The notes under the pieces are model-generated. The model had not been told where the DNA came from. It saw only the letters and a list, made by a program, of their open reading frames with translations, and did no database searches. This document shows positions 13,822 to 26,866 of a stretch of DNA of 64,000 bases, in pieces. Origin of the DNA: Eledone cirrhosa (lineage: Eukaryota); contig OZ024746.1 in the NCBI GenBank assembly GCA_964016885.1, positions 77,996,001 to 78,060,000 of the forward strand. The letters are read 5' to 3'. A program made the position numbers and the translations under genes. How positions within the stretch are numbered: the stretch's first letter is position 1; each line of letters starts with the position of its first letter.

Positions 13822-14495
13822 TAATTGTTTCTACTTTAGGCACAAGGCCAGCAATTACCTAGTGCATTACTGGTACTTTATTTTATCGACTTCATGAGGA
13901 TGAAAGGGAAAACTAACCTCAGCGAGTAATGATAATAATTGTTTCTACTTTTGGCACAAGGCCAGCAAGTACCCGAGTGCATTACTGGTACTTTATTTTA
14001 TCATCCCCGTAAGGATGAAAGGCAAAGTTAACCTCAGCAGGATTTGAACTCAGACCATAAAGGGCCATAACTATGTGCTGCAAAGCATGGCATCTGACCC
14101 TAATAATAATTGTTTCTACTTTTGGCACAAGGCCATCAAATACCCAGTACATTACTGGTACTCTATTTTATCGACCCCGTAAGGATGAAAGGCAAAGTTA
14201 ACCTCGGCGGGATTTGAACTCAGACCGTAAAGGGACGTAACTATGCTGGAAAGCATGGCGTCCGATCCTCTACCAATACTGCCAATGGTTTCTGATTTGG
14301 TCACAAATCCAACCATTTTGGAAGGAGGGGAAAGTCAATTAAATCGACCCCAGTATGTTACTGTTACATTATTTTTTCGATTCCTTAAGGATGAAAGGCA
14401 AAACTAACCTCAGTGGGATTTCAACTCAGAACATAAAGGGCCATATATCTATGCCATGAAGCAGCGTGTCCAACACTCTAGCGATTCTGCTAAAT
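13822..14495 (-). mobile_element. Four tandem SINE family A copies
   Basis: AATTGTTTCTACTTT(A/T)GGCACAAGGCC starts at about 13823, 13937 and 14108, and a diverged copy starts at about 14287. Confidence 0.9.
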
Positions 14496-15045
14496 TAACA
14501 ATAATTTCTTAATGACATTTCCTTCACTGAGTAGATTAACTTAGAGTAACAACTTAATTACTTAATTTTTCAAGAATGTTAAGTGATAGTTTAGTTTTTA
14601 TTTTATTTCATTTTATATAATTTTTATTTTTTTATTTTTTTTTTAATCAAAAGTCTCCTAAGGAAGACTTGATTATTTCCTGAAAGACTGTTTCCAAAAT
14701 TAAACAAGAATGAATGACTGAAGAATATTTAAATAACTAATCATGTAATTATATTATTACTTCTCTCTATATTACTTTTGTTCATAAGCAAATTGGCATG
14801 CAATCACTCATAGAACATCTTTAACTTCTGGACTGTAGACATAATGTCTGCTCTCTCTCTTCCCTCTCTCTCCCTCTTCTGCCAATATTACAATAGCCTG
14901 TGCTCCACAGAACTGGCTGATTTAGCTCCATCTACATTCAGGCACTCACATCTTGATCATCTCTCTTCTGTTCATCATCACTGTGTTGTAGAACCAAGGC
15001 AGGTTTCAGCCAATTTGATGTTGTAAGGATTCATACTGGACTTAA

Positions 15046-15448
15046 CTTTTAACATCCTGTACTGCATAAAACCACATTTACAAAGCATTCTAGAAAAATT
15101 AAAAACAGTACTGTGACAATGTCACATTAAAATTTAACGTTTTATCTTAACTTCACGGCAAATTTTGATAACATATCTATTAGTAAAGGCACTATAAACA
15201 TTTGAATTAAGAAAACTGTTTTCAGATATTTTATGCTTGATCATTACAGGATGTTAAGAGATATTACTGCATATTTGAATTAGCAAACCACACTTTAGAT
15301 ATTTTTCTGCTAAATCATTACAGGATGTGAAGAGATAATACTGCACATTCTCAGAACAATGTCTCTGCTAGTAAAGATAATATAAACATTTGAATAAGCA
15401 AACAAGTGTTTAGATATTTTCTGCTGAATCATTATAGGATGTCAAAAG
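15046..15448. mobile_element. TTAA-flanked (piggyBac-type) MITE with internal repeats
   Basis: TTAA|CTTTTAACATCC...GGATGTCAAAAG|TTAA, with three internal ATCATTA(C/T)AGGATGT repeats. Confidence 0.65.
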
Positions 15449-15737
15449 TTAAAAACAAAACAAAAACAAGTGAGGATTGGCATTATAAAAGGCGTCTGAC
15501 CATAGAATGCTGCCTCAAAAAAGTCTCATCCAGCCCATGCCAATGTGTATAAAGTGGACACAGAACTTCTGATATTACATGCATGCATGTGTCCATCATG
15601 ACTCATACACTATTCACTTTCCTGACATTTGTACATTATTCTATGTACTTTACATACACCTTTGACGAGTTATAGTGCACCCGAGCACTGTACACAATAA
15701 TTTTCATTATTATTATTATTATACTGTATTATTATAC

Positions 15738-15925
15738 TGTGGATTGGCAGTATTGGTAGAGAGTCGGACACCATGCTTTGCAGTATAGAGTTATGGCCCT
15801 TTACGTTCTGAGTTCAAATTCTGATGAGGTTAGCTTTGCCTTTCATCCTTATGGGGTCGATAAAATAAAGTACCAGTAATACACTGGGATAATTGCTGGC
15901 CTTGTGCCAAAAGTAGAAACAATTA
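15738..15925 (+). mobile_element. SINE family A with 12-bp target-site duplication
   Basis: ATTATTATACTG at 15728-15739 and 15922-15933. Confidence 0.9.
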
Positions 15926-16028
15926 TTATACTGCAAAACAGGGGTTACCCTTCCCTCACTGCTCAACAGGGTGAACCATGCCTGGATGGTTAAAACTTCG
16001 TCTTTGCAATCATTAGGTCTCGGTTTTA

Positions 16029-16779
16029 ATGCCCTCTTGTGAACGTGACCTGGGCATTACTGTCAGGAGCGATTTGCGTTGGACAAAGCATGTCTCTAAG
16101 ATTGTCAAGAAGGCCGAGGGTGTCTTGGCATCACTCAGCAAGACCTTTGTCAGCCGCTCTCCAGCCATCTATTTAAAACTGTATACAGCTATGGTACGAC
16201 CACACTTGGAATTCGCATCATCAGTCTGGAACCCCTATCTTGCTCAGAACATTGACCTCCTGGAAACTGTTCAGAGACGTGCAACCAAACGCATACCCTC
16301 CATCAGACATCTACCATACTCTGAACGCCTTGCTTCCCTGGGCATGGATTCATTGAAACTCCGACGTCTGGCAATGGACTTGGTAAATACCCACAAAGTT
16401 ATTAACCAGCTCGCCAACAACAACCCTGAGCACCTTTTTGATCTCCATGTGTCTAACACACGTGGACATGCCTACAAAATCAGAAAACAGCACAGCTCCC
16501 ATGACTTTCGTAGACATTTTTTCACGCTCAGAGTTGCTGAAGCATGGAACAAACTACCTGCATCAGTTGTTAGCTGTCGAGACACTGCATCCTTTAAGAC
16601 ACTCATGCTTCCCGAAATACGCCAAAACTACACCTGATGTACCCCTTCCATACACATGCACACTTGTGTGTATCATGACTCGTGCACTGTTCATTTTCCT
16701 GATGTTTGTGCATTGCCCTATGTACTGTACATGCACTTTTTGATGAGTTGTGGTGCACCTGGGCACTGTACACAATATT

Positions 16780-16815
<36 letters not shown>
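16029..16815 (+). mobile_element. CR1/L2-group LINE, 5'-truncated 3' end (ORF2 C-terminus open at 16029-16637, 3' UTR, (TAT)n tail)
   Basis: ERDLGI...LYTAMVRPHLEFASSVWNPY...LETVQRRATK...LRRLAMDL...NTRGH...FFTLRVAEAWNKLP are typical post-RT motifs of CR1-group ORF2. Confidence 0.92.
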
Positions 16816-16817
<2 letters not shown>

Positions 16818-16818
<1 letters not shown>

Positions 16819-16945
16819 CATGACTCATACACTGTTCATTTTCCTGACATTTGTACATTATTCTATGTACTATACATGCACCTTTGATGAGTTGTAGTGC
16901 ACCTGAGCACTGTACACAATAATTTCATTATTATTATTTCATTAT
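16818..16945 (+). mobile_element. Solo 3' tail of the same CR1/L2-group family (others at 15596-15720 + and about 13320-13420 -)
   Basis: TCATGACTCATACACTG...GAGTTGTAGTGCACCTGAGCACTGTACACAATAATTTCATTATT. Confidence 0.85.
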
Positions 16946-16947
16946 TA

Positions 16948-17160
<213 letters not shown>

Positions 17161-17163
17161 GTG

Positions 17164-17194
<31 letters not shown>

Positions 17195-17207
17195 ATATAT
17201 ATATATA

Positions 17208-17307
<100 letters not shown>

Positions 17308-17825
17308 TATATGTATATGTATATATATATATATGTATATATTATGTTACATACACACACATTAAATTGTGTAGCTGTCACCTCTCATCTCACTCCTGTG
17401 TGTGTGTCCATGTGTGATTAACATATCTTGCTCAACTACACACAATATTTTCCATACTTTAATCTGTCGGTGTGTGTGTGTGGAGAGAGAGAAAGAGAGA
17501 GAGACCTGGTCAGAGAGAAAGAGAAACAGAGTGAGGGGGGGGGGGAATAGAAAGGGTAAAAGGTCTTGATACATCACTTGTGTGTTTATTGATTTTCTGT
17601 AAAGTTGTCATTATTTTTTATGAATATCTCTTGGAGGGATATTATTAATAATTTGACGTCTCATGGTAGGTCTTAACCTTAATCTCCTCAATAGGAGTCT
17701 CGTATTTTTCTAAAAGAGGGGGTGGGATATGTTGCTATCATGATATACTAATTTCCCCAGAAATATGTGTGACATTATCAATAACTTGAATTATTTTTAC
17801 CATTGAAAATAGATGCTAAAACACT

Positions 17826-18281
17826 TAACCCTTTTGTTACCAAACCTACTGAAGCCACCCCTGATTCTACGATACAAAGCTGTTTGTTTTAAAGTGTATA
17901 TATTTATATAAAAAAACCTTGTATCATAATTTTATGTAAGAATCTTTGTTATGTGTCAAGTACCAGTTTAATAATTCTTGTTTATTTTAAATACAATTTT
18001 AAAAATACAGGCAGTGTCTTTCATTAGAAATATGGTAATGAATGGGTTTAAAGTGTTTATCATCATTATCATTGCTATTACTGTTTAACATCTATTATCC
18101 ATGCTTTCATAGATTTATCTATAATCCTTCCATCATAATTTTATGTTAGAATGTTTATGTTCGAAACACCAGCTTAATAATGAGAAAGTTAGTTATATAA
18201 CTCTTCAAAATCTCAATCATCTTCGAAATTTTTTGAAAAACATATGCAGCTTTTCATTCGAAATCTGGCAACAAAAGGGTT
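17826..18281. mobile_element. Decayed TTAA/CCCTTT-terminated MITE copies
   Basis: TTAACCCTTTTGTTACC at 17826, ATGGTAATGAATGGGTTTAA at about 18050, and a second right end GGCAACAAAAGGGTTA at about 18281. Confidence 0.55.
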
Positions 18282-18627
18282 ATCCCCATTCCATGCTAAA
18301 AATCCATTAGAACAAACCAACCACCCAGCTGCTGTTGTATTCTACAGAGATCATTGAGCATCTGTGCATCATAGTTCAGGTTTGAAAGGTTTCGCTGGTG
18401 ACTTCAAGCTATGGCCATGTTTGTGTTGTGTTTTTAAGATCAGCAAAATTCCAGTTGGTAGGAGGAGGAGGAAGAGAAGAGATTTTAATTTGCATGCTCT
18501 CCACAATATCACCTGCATGCAATGTCTCTCTCTCTCTCCCTATCTCTCTCTCTCTCTCTCCCTATCTCTCTCTCTCTCTCTCTCTCTCCCTATCTCTATC
18601 TCTCTCTCTCTCTCCCTCCCCCTCCCC

Positions 18628-18661
<34 letters not shown>

Positions 18662-19678
18662 TTCTCCCTATCCCCCCCCCCTCTCTCAGTTCTGTTCCAT
18701 TATCAGACTTGGCCTGAGAAGTTCGATCTTTAGCCTCCACCAACATTGTGTGGTATTGGATATTAGATTCTTGTAAAGATAGCTAATAAATTATGTAGAG
18801 TGCTTTGAATTTTCGAGAATAGTTCGTTAATTAAAATCAAGACCATGTGAATAACCAGTATCAAGGGCACTCATAAGAAGAGTGCTGTTCTCTTCTAAAT
18901 CTGGTGATGGAGATGGTGGGGGTGGGTTAACATGTCTGACTATCATCATCATCAACAACATCATTAGCAGTGACAGTAGCTTTCTACTTGTTTTCCATGG
19001 TTTTCATTCCAAAATGAGGAAAACAGTATAGAAGACTCATCTTAGAAACTAATTGTTATAAACCACACACAGACCATACTATAGTCTTGATAGAGCCACA
19101 GGATCACTGCTGAGGCTTATCGCATATTTGGGGGCTTTTAAACCTGGCAGAGCCCATCTCTTTCCAGATCTGAACACAAATGATTTCTTGCTGAGAAAGA
19201 ACGAAAATGAGAAGGAGAGATAGTGGAAGAACCAACCCCAATACTAGACTTTAAAAAAATTTTTTTTATCAACCTTGGAAGAATGAAAGTCAAAGTTGAC
19301 TTCAGCACAATTTCGACTCAGAACTCAGAGAGTTGGAACAAATGCTGCAAAGCATTCTATCCAATGTTCTAATCAATTCACTGCCTAAACCAAATATACC
19401 CAATAATAATGATAATAATAGTTTCTGATAGAGGCACAAGGCCAGCAATTTGGGGGGAAGAGAAAGTTGATTAAATCGACCCCAGTGCATGACTGGTACT
19501 TTATTTTATCGACCCCATAAGGATAAAAGGCAGACCTAGCCTAGTTGAAATTTGAAATCAGAACGTAAAATGGGAGACAAATGCATAACTCTCTTAACCC
19601 TTTCCTTACTATATTTCTAATGAAATACATAGCCCATGTTCTACTATATATGTGTGTGTGTTTATGTATTTGTGTATG

Positions 19679-19740
<62 letters not shown>

Positions 19741-19769
19741 ATATATATATATATATATATTTTTTCATT

Positions 19770-20104
19770 TCATTTTTTCATTTTACGTCCGCTTTTTCCC
19801 TGCTTGCAAGGGTGGGACGGGAACTGATTCTGGCTTGATTTCTACAGCTGGATGCCCTTTCTAACACCAACCTCATTTACAGTGAGTACTGGGTGCTTTT
19901 TTGCCGTGGCACCTCCCCGACCACTTTGCAGTGGAATGATATGGACCTCAGTCCCTAGCATCTCATTTCTACAGCTGAGTAAACTGGAGCAATGTGAAAT
20001 AAAGTTTTTGCTCAAGGAAACAACACATCACCCGGTCTGAGAATTGAACTCACAACCTTTCGATTGCAAGGCCAATGCTCTAACCACTAAGCCATGTGCC
20101 TCCA
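19770..20104 (-). mobile_element. SINE family B: tRNA head + CORE-like domain + GGAAGGGCATCC domain + RTE-derived tail
   Basis: Minus strand GGAGGCACATGGCTTAGTGGTTAGAGC...GAGTTCAATTCTC...CTTGAGCAA...TTTATTTCACATTGCTCCAGTTTACTCAGCTGTAGAAATGAG...CCGTCCCACCCTTGCAAGCAGGGAAAAAGCGGACGTAAAATGA. Confidence 0.9.
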
Positions 20105-20294
20105 TATATATATATAGCTAGGGAGTGTAACGTGAAGTTACTGTAGGTTCACCCAGGTGAGCACTCAATGTTTAGGTTCACGTCAGTGGCGAGGTGTAGA
20201 TCTGTATCGATTTGGCCCGATTCTGGAATCAAAAGCTCGTTGGACTCCTGCTGTTGTAATGATAATGAATTCATTCTGTCATCACAACAGCAGA

Positions 20295-20332
20295 GGTCTG
20301 ACAAGCTGATCAATAGCAAAACGCGCGTCACC
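20295..20332 (+). ncRNA. Decayed type I hammerhead ribozyme in a (TA)n-embedded element (20117-20376)
   Basis: GGT-CTGACAA-GCTG-ATCAA-TAGC-AAAAC-GCGC-GTC-ACC. Stems I, II and palindromic III are present; two core G residues are mutated to A. Confidence 0.7.
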
Positions 20333-20374
20333 AATCAATAAACGTAATGAAGGCTTAACAAATCGTCCTTGTAT

Positions 20375-20423
<49 letters not shown>

Positions 20424-20581
20424 AGGAAGTTATAGTTCACTTGAAGCATTGTGTAATGAGGTATAAACGTTTGTATGTGTATAATAAAGCCAAAACAATG
20501 CAGGTATGGACATAGAATAAAGAATGCAAATGCAAAAGATATTGTTGACAATTAGTCTTTTACTTTAGATTTATTTAAATG

Positions 20582-20618
20582 TCCTTAATTTTCGAGATAA
20601 TATCTCTTCTTCGGAGGG
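20582..20618 (-). ncRNA. Minimal type I hammerhead-like motif with CCGAAGA core variant
   Basis: Minus strand CCT-CCGAAGA-A-GAGAT-ATT-ATCTC-GAAA-AT-TA-AGG. Confidence 0.65.
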
Positions 20619-20901
20619 AAGTAAAGCGGTTAAACCAGTGTTCTAAATAGCTTGCCAAGTCATGCTGACAGGAAATGGTATATAGTATCTGTTCTATCTC
20701 TAATATCAAAGAGTTAAGGTTAGGTGGATAAAGAGTAGTCTCCCTTTAAAAGGTTTTTTTTTTTTTTTGTACATGCCTGTTTAAGTGTGTGGGAGCATGC
20801 GTGAAGGTGTAAGTATGTGTGTGAGTGTGAGAAGATATGTCTATACATAAATGTGGGGGATAGATGTTATCTCGTGTTAGAACTGGTCTTTGTGTGTTTT
20901 T

Positions 20902-21212
20902 ATATAATATAAAACGAAAAATCAATGATGGATCTGAACTCATTTTATTGTGTTACAATTGTTTCGTTGGCAGACAGCTCGAGACACGATTATTGTGTGG
21001 ATTTGTCTAATTCTGGATCTGCAGGTTAGTCGGACACTTCTAACAGAGAAAATTTGATCCGAAATTATTAGAAGTGTCCGACGAACCTGCAGATCCAGAA
21101 TCAGACAAGATCCACACAATGATCGTGCCTTGAGCTGTCTGCCAGCGAAACAATTGTAACACACAATGAATTGAGTTTAGATGCATCACTGATTTTTTGT
21201 TTTATATTATAT
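20902..21212. mobile_element. Fold-back (palindromic) Penelope-like element remnant with hammerhead-like motif in each arm
   Basis: Arms 20902-21043 and 21068-21212 are reverse complements around a 24-nt spacer. The right arm reads GTGT-CCGACGA-(long stem II)-GAAAC-AATT-GTA-ACAC at 21074-21162. Confidence 0.75.
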
Positions 21213-21280
21213 CACACTCTGTAAGAACATAGAGTGCTCAACTGGCATACCGCCTATGGAAGCATCATAGCTACCATCAG

Positions 21281-21322
<42 letters not shown>

Positions 21323-22124
21323 GGAAGCCCACACACACTCTTACATACATGCACACATGTATGTATTTAATAAATATTATTATCCCTAGTGTGTTCCTGC
21401 ACACATCTCAACACCTTAGATATACATACATACCTTCTAACGAGAACCAATCATCCCTAATTAATTATAACAATTTATGCCTATAATCAAGTAATGAGCA
21501 TTAAGTAAAGTTAATTTCACAGATTTTCATTAGTAAATCTATGAATAAATTTTAATAATTATTATCCCATTACTCATAATTATTATTACACTTATTGTCA
21601 TCCTTAATTCTGTGTGGTTTGATATTTTAGGCCGGAACCATGTTATTAAGTCTGGAGTAATCTGCAGGATTATAAATGGGGAATTAGCAAAGTCATTATA
21701 GTGTCGGATAGAATGCTTTGTTGTATTTGTTTTGGCTTTCTGCTCTCTCAGTTCAAATCAGGCCAAGGACAACTTTGCCTTTCATCCATTTGAGGTCAAT
21801 AAAAAAAGTCCCAGTCATGTACTGGGATTCGCTAAATCTCTTTCTCATTTCCTCTCTCGCTTTCTATCCTTCTCTGGAAGAAATCTGCTGTATTCTGCCC
21901 TGGAGAAGAGCTGGGCTCTGCCAGGTTTAAAAATGTCCTAGAAATGATGTATGTCATTATGCTGCCCCTATGACTCCCTCAGGTGTTATGGGGCCATGCA
22001 TGGATGTATTCTGGGTACATTTTATTGTGGCACCAACACTGGTGAAGTTGTTATGTCCTCAACAGGACTAAAAGCCCCTCTTGACTATACATTGTTTCTG
22101 TACAATAACTATCCACTTTACTAA

Positions 22125-22520
22125 GTGAACTGGGTGCATTTCATTGTGGAACCAGCACTACCTCTTTGCAGAGTGGACTGGGTGCATTTCATTGTGGAAC
22201 CAGCACTACCTCTTTGCAGAGTGGACTGGGTGCATTTCATTGTAGAACCAGCACTACCACTTTGCAAAGAGGACTGGGTGCATTTCATTGTAGAACCAGC
22301 ACTACCACTTTGCAGAGTGGACTGGGTGCATTTCATTGTAGAACCAGCACTACCACTTTGCAGAGTGGACTGAGTGCATTTCATTGTGGAACCAGCACTA
22401 CCACTTTGCAGAGTGGACTGGGTGCATTTCATTGTAGAACCAGCACTACCACTTTGCAGAGTGGACTGGGTGCATTTCATCGTGGAACCAGCACTACCAC
22501 TTTAAAGAGTAGAATGGATG
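22125..22520. repeat. 48-bp minisatellite, about 8 copies, SINE-derived
   Basis: Unit GTGGACTGGGTGCATTTCATTGT(A/G)GAACCAGCACTACC(A/T)CTTTGCAGA. The 16-aa periodic ORF confirms the period. Confidence 0.95.
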
Positions 22521-23409
22521 CATTTTATCAGAGCAACAACACTGGTTAGGTTGCCTTGTATCATGCAAGACTAAAAGAGAACTCTGTAGTCTATATTGGT
22601 TTCTTTCATACAAGACAATAGTATGAAATAGAAGAGAGGGGGGGGGGGGGAAGAAAAAATAATCAGGCTCACTGGTTGACGGATGTGAGATTATGTACAA
22701 TGTGTTAATATCAATACTGTTGTTAGAACTGGCGCCACATTATAAAGAATGATTGCCAAAAATCCAATAATACCAATAATACCAATTGGAGACAATATAG
22801 GTTTTGGAGGGAGGGAAGAAAAAAGTAGACAGAGGCACGCACCTGTTCTATCTCTAGAAGTACCCTACCTGTTTTGCTCAACTATTATCTATAGTGATCA
22901 ACTATTGTTATAATCATTTGTGTTGGGATGACTACATTTCGAAAATATATATTTGTAAAGAAGAAAAAAATAAATGCTATATTATTGATAATTTTATTAT
23001 ATACAATAATGATTATAAGCTCCTGAGATTCATTCTTTCCAGCAATGGTCTAACTCCAGCAATATTTCAGAAGCTGCAATAAATATTTTAGTGAAATCTT
23101 GTATTAATAACAGTTTTTGGTTATTATTCTAGTTTACCGACAACAATATTTACCTAAAAGGGAGGAGAATGTGATATGATATACAGTGGTAATGGTGTAA
23201 TGGTGGTGTTGGTGTTGGAAGCTGGAGGGTGTGTCAAAGAGATTATCCTGTGTGTGTGTGTGTGTGCATGTGTGTGTGTGTGTGTTCTTAATAAAGAATA
23301 TATTAATCTCTACTAAGGTATTGAGTACTCATCCTCGTGACTGTCATTAAAGCATGTGTATGAGTGTATACGTATGTATATGTATATATGTATGTGTATT
23401 GTATGTGTA

Positions 23410-23460
<51 letters not shown>

Positions 23461-23470
23461 TATATATATA

Positions 23471-23538
<68 letters not shown>

Positions 23539-23567
23539 TATATATATATATATATATAATTATATAT

Positions 23568-23671
<104 letters not shown>

Positions 23672-23739
23672 TATATATGCATATATATCATCAGCATTAT
23701 CATTTAACATCTGTTTTCCCTGCTAGCACACACACACAC

Positions 23740-23821
<82 letters not shown>

Positions 23822-24114
23822 CTGTCAACTAGAGCAGTATGTCATTAGCTTGGTCAAGTAACAACAATCTTTGTGTTGCAAGTATCACAGTAAATTGATA
23901 TTTATCTCCTCCTCCTCCTCCTCTTCCTCTGCCTCCATCTGTGTCTGTCCATCAGAAGCCCCTGCTAAACGATGAGGAAAATTAATGCCTTTGCTCTACT
24001 AAAATACTCACCAGTCATTTAAAGGATGGTTTGATTTATAGCTAGCTCTTTACCGGAATGATGTTGATTATAGGTATTGTTGCCATTCAAGGGAAAATGA
24101 AAACAAAATTGTCA

Positions 24115-24555
24115 GCAATAATAATAATAGTAATAATAATAATAGTAATAATAATAATAATAATAATAGTAATAATAATAATAGTAATAATAATAATAAT
24201 AGTAATAATAATAATAGTAATAATAATAATAGTAATAATAATAATAGTAATAATGATAAGAGTAATAATAATAATAATAATAATAGTAATAATAATAATA
24301 GTAATAATAATAATAGTAATAATAATAATAGTAATAATAATAATAGTATAATAATAATAATAATAATAATAGTAATAATAATAATAGTAATAATAATAAT
24401 AGTAATAATAATAATAGTAATAATAATAATAGTAATAATAATAATAATAATAATAGTAATAATAATAATAGTAATAATAATAATAGTAATAATGATAAGA
24501 GTAATAATAATAATAGTAATAATAATGATAATAATAATAATAATAATAATATAAT
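24115..24555. repeat. (AAT)n microsatellite with periodic AGT interruptions
   Basis: Mostly (AAT)4-AGT 15-bp units. Confidence 0.95.
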
Positions 24556-25304
24556 GGATGTGGTGGTGGGGGTGCTGGTGGTGTTGGTGGTGGGGTGGGG
24601 GTGCTGGTGGTGTTCTGTTCCTCCTTGTGTAAAAATCGATCCATCTCAATTAAAGCGTGTTTTATTGAAAGCTTTCATTTTATTGTGTCTTCATATGGCA
24701 GTGATGACGCCGCGGACGGACGGACGGACGGACGAACGAACGACAGTGTTGGTGGTGGTGGTGGTGACGAGGGGGGGGGGGGGCAGAGAGGCGGTTTGTT
24801 GAATTGTGTATATAGAAAAGGATATGTTTCTGTAGGAAATACAACAAAACTAATAATGACAACAGCAACAACAACAACAACCGCAACAACAACAATAGTT
24901 ACAATAACAATACAATACAATACTACACAATATGATACATTTCATAATACAATCAGATGTCTCAGTGGAGGTGGTGATGGTGTTGGTGGTGTTGCTGGTG
25001 TTGGTGATGATGTTGGTGGTAATGGTGGTGGGAGGTGTAAAGACAAACCAGCTACTGAATTCTAAATTCTATAGTTTACTATATTTTATGTTGCCCTTTC
25101 CTTTTTAAGAACGTTTGTATCTTTCTTTTGTTCCAACTCCGTGTCAGCAAGCAGTGTAATTAAAAGCCGTAACGACAAACAATAAACAAATTTAATGAAT
25201 ATGTTATTACTGATGTTATTTGGAAGGGTTGCCTCCATGTTGGACTTTGGACTTATTTCATTGTTACACTCTGATAATTTCATGGCTCATTTTATTTTCA
25301 TTTT

Positions 25305-25504
25305 NNNNNNNNNNNNNNNNNNNNNNNNNNNNNNNNNNNNNNNNNNNNNNNNNNNNNNNNNNNNNNNNNNNNNNNNNNNNNNNNNNNNNNNNNNNNNNNN
25401 NNNNNNNNNNNNNNNNNNNNNNNNNNNNNNNNNNNNNNNNNNNNNNNNNNNNNNNNNNNNNNNNNNNNNNNNNNNNNNNNNNNNNNNNNNNNNNNNNNNN
25501 NNNN
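25305..25504. other. Assembly gap (200 N)
   Basis: Run of exactly 200 N, which indicates a placeholder of unknown true size. Confidence 0.99.
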
Positions 25505-25652
25505 TTGATACACTTTTTTTTGTTTTTGTCTTGTATTTTCTTTCATTCAACCCAACCCTGCCCTCTACCCACCAACTCCTTGTACACAGACATCATGTTA
25601 TCTCTTAGTGTCAAGCTGCCAGTAGTTACATAAGTGTGCATGCAAATAAATA

Positions 25653-25701
<49 letters not shown>

Positions 25702-26364
25702 TGTGTGTGTACATTATACATCTTTCCTCAATTGCTTTTTTTTTCATGTATAGATATGTGGGTGTATGTATAGGTGTATATGTGCTTCTTTGTGTGTACG
25801 TGTGTGTATATATATACACACACATACGCACATATATATATATACATACACACATACATGCCCACAGATACATACATATGTTTATGTCAACATCAGTTAT
25901 GAATGCCTCTGCATGCGTACACACGTGTTTGTGTGTGTGTATAGTGCAGTGACATGTTGTATATAGACCAGTAGAGAGAGAGAGGGGGGGGGGGTTGTAT
26001 GTGACAGAAAGGAAATAAGGAGAAGAGAGAGTGAGAGAGGGAGGTACTGCGGAGGGATAGTTGTAGTGTTATAAAAAGGAATGCAACAATAGAGTGGATT
26101 ATTAGTTGTTTTGCATTTCTTCCCAATCTGATACATGTATCTTTTCCTTCCTCGTATCACCCCCACCAACGGCCTGCCCTCCACCCACCTGTCTTTCTTC
26201 CTCCCTACCTGTTACTTGTCTTTGCTACACCCACCCACCCATCTACCTCTCTCCACCATACTTCTCATAATGTTCTTTATACCTGCAAGATAAACAATTT
26301 CTTTATTCATGTTCAGATTTCATACCATACATATGTTTAACACACTCTTTTTTTCTTACTTACT

Positions 26365-26866
<502 letters not shown>

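Noticed and set aside
20030-20104. tRNA gene-like sequence (also 31605-31655, 36570-36645)
   Set aside because: A/B-box-like head continuous with a SINE body; acceptor stem not formed.
22121-22549. Repetitive 16-aa protein (MKCTQSTLQSGSAGST)n
   Set aside because: By-product of a 48-bp SINE-derived minisatellite that is open on both strands.
25195-25633. ORFs spanning poly-X
   Set aside because: Artefact of the 200-N gap.
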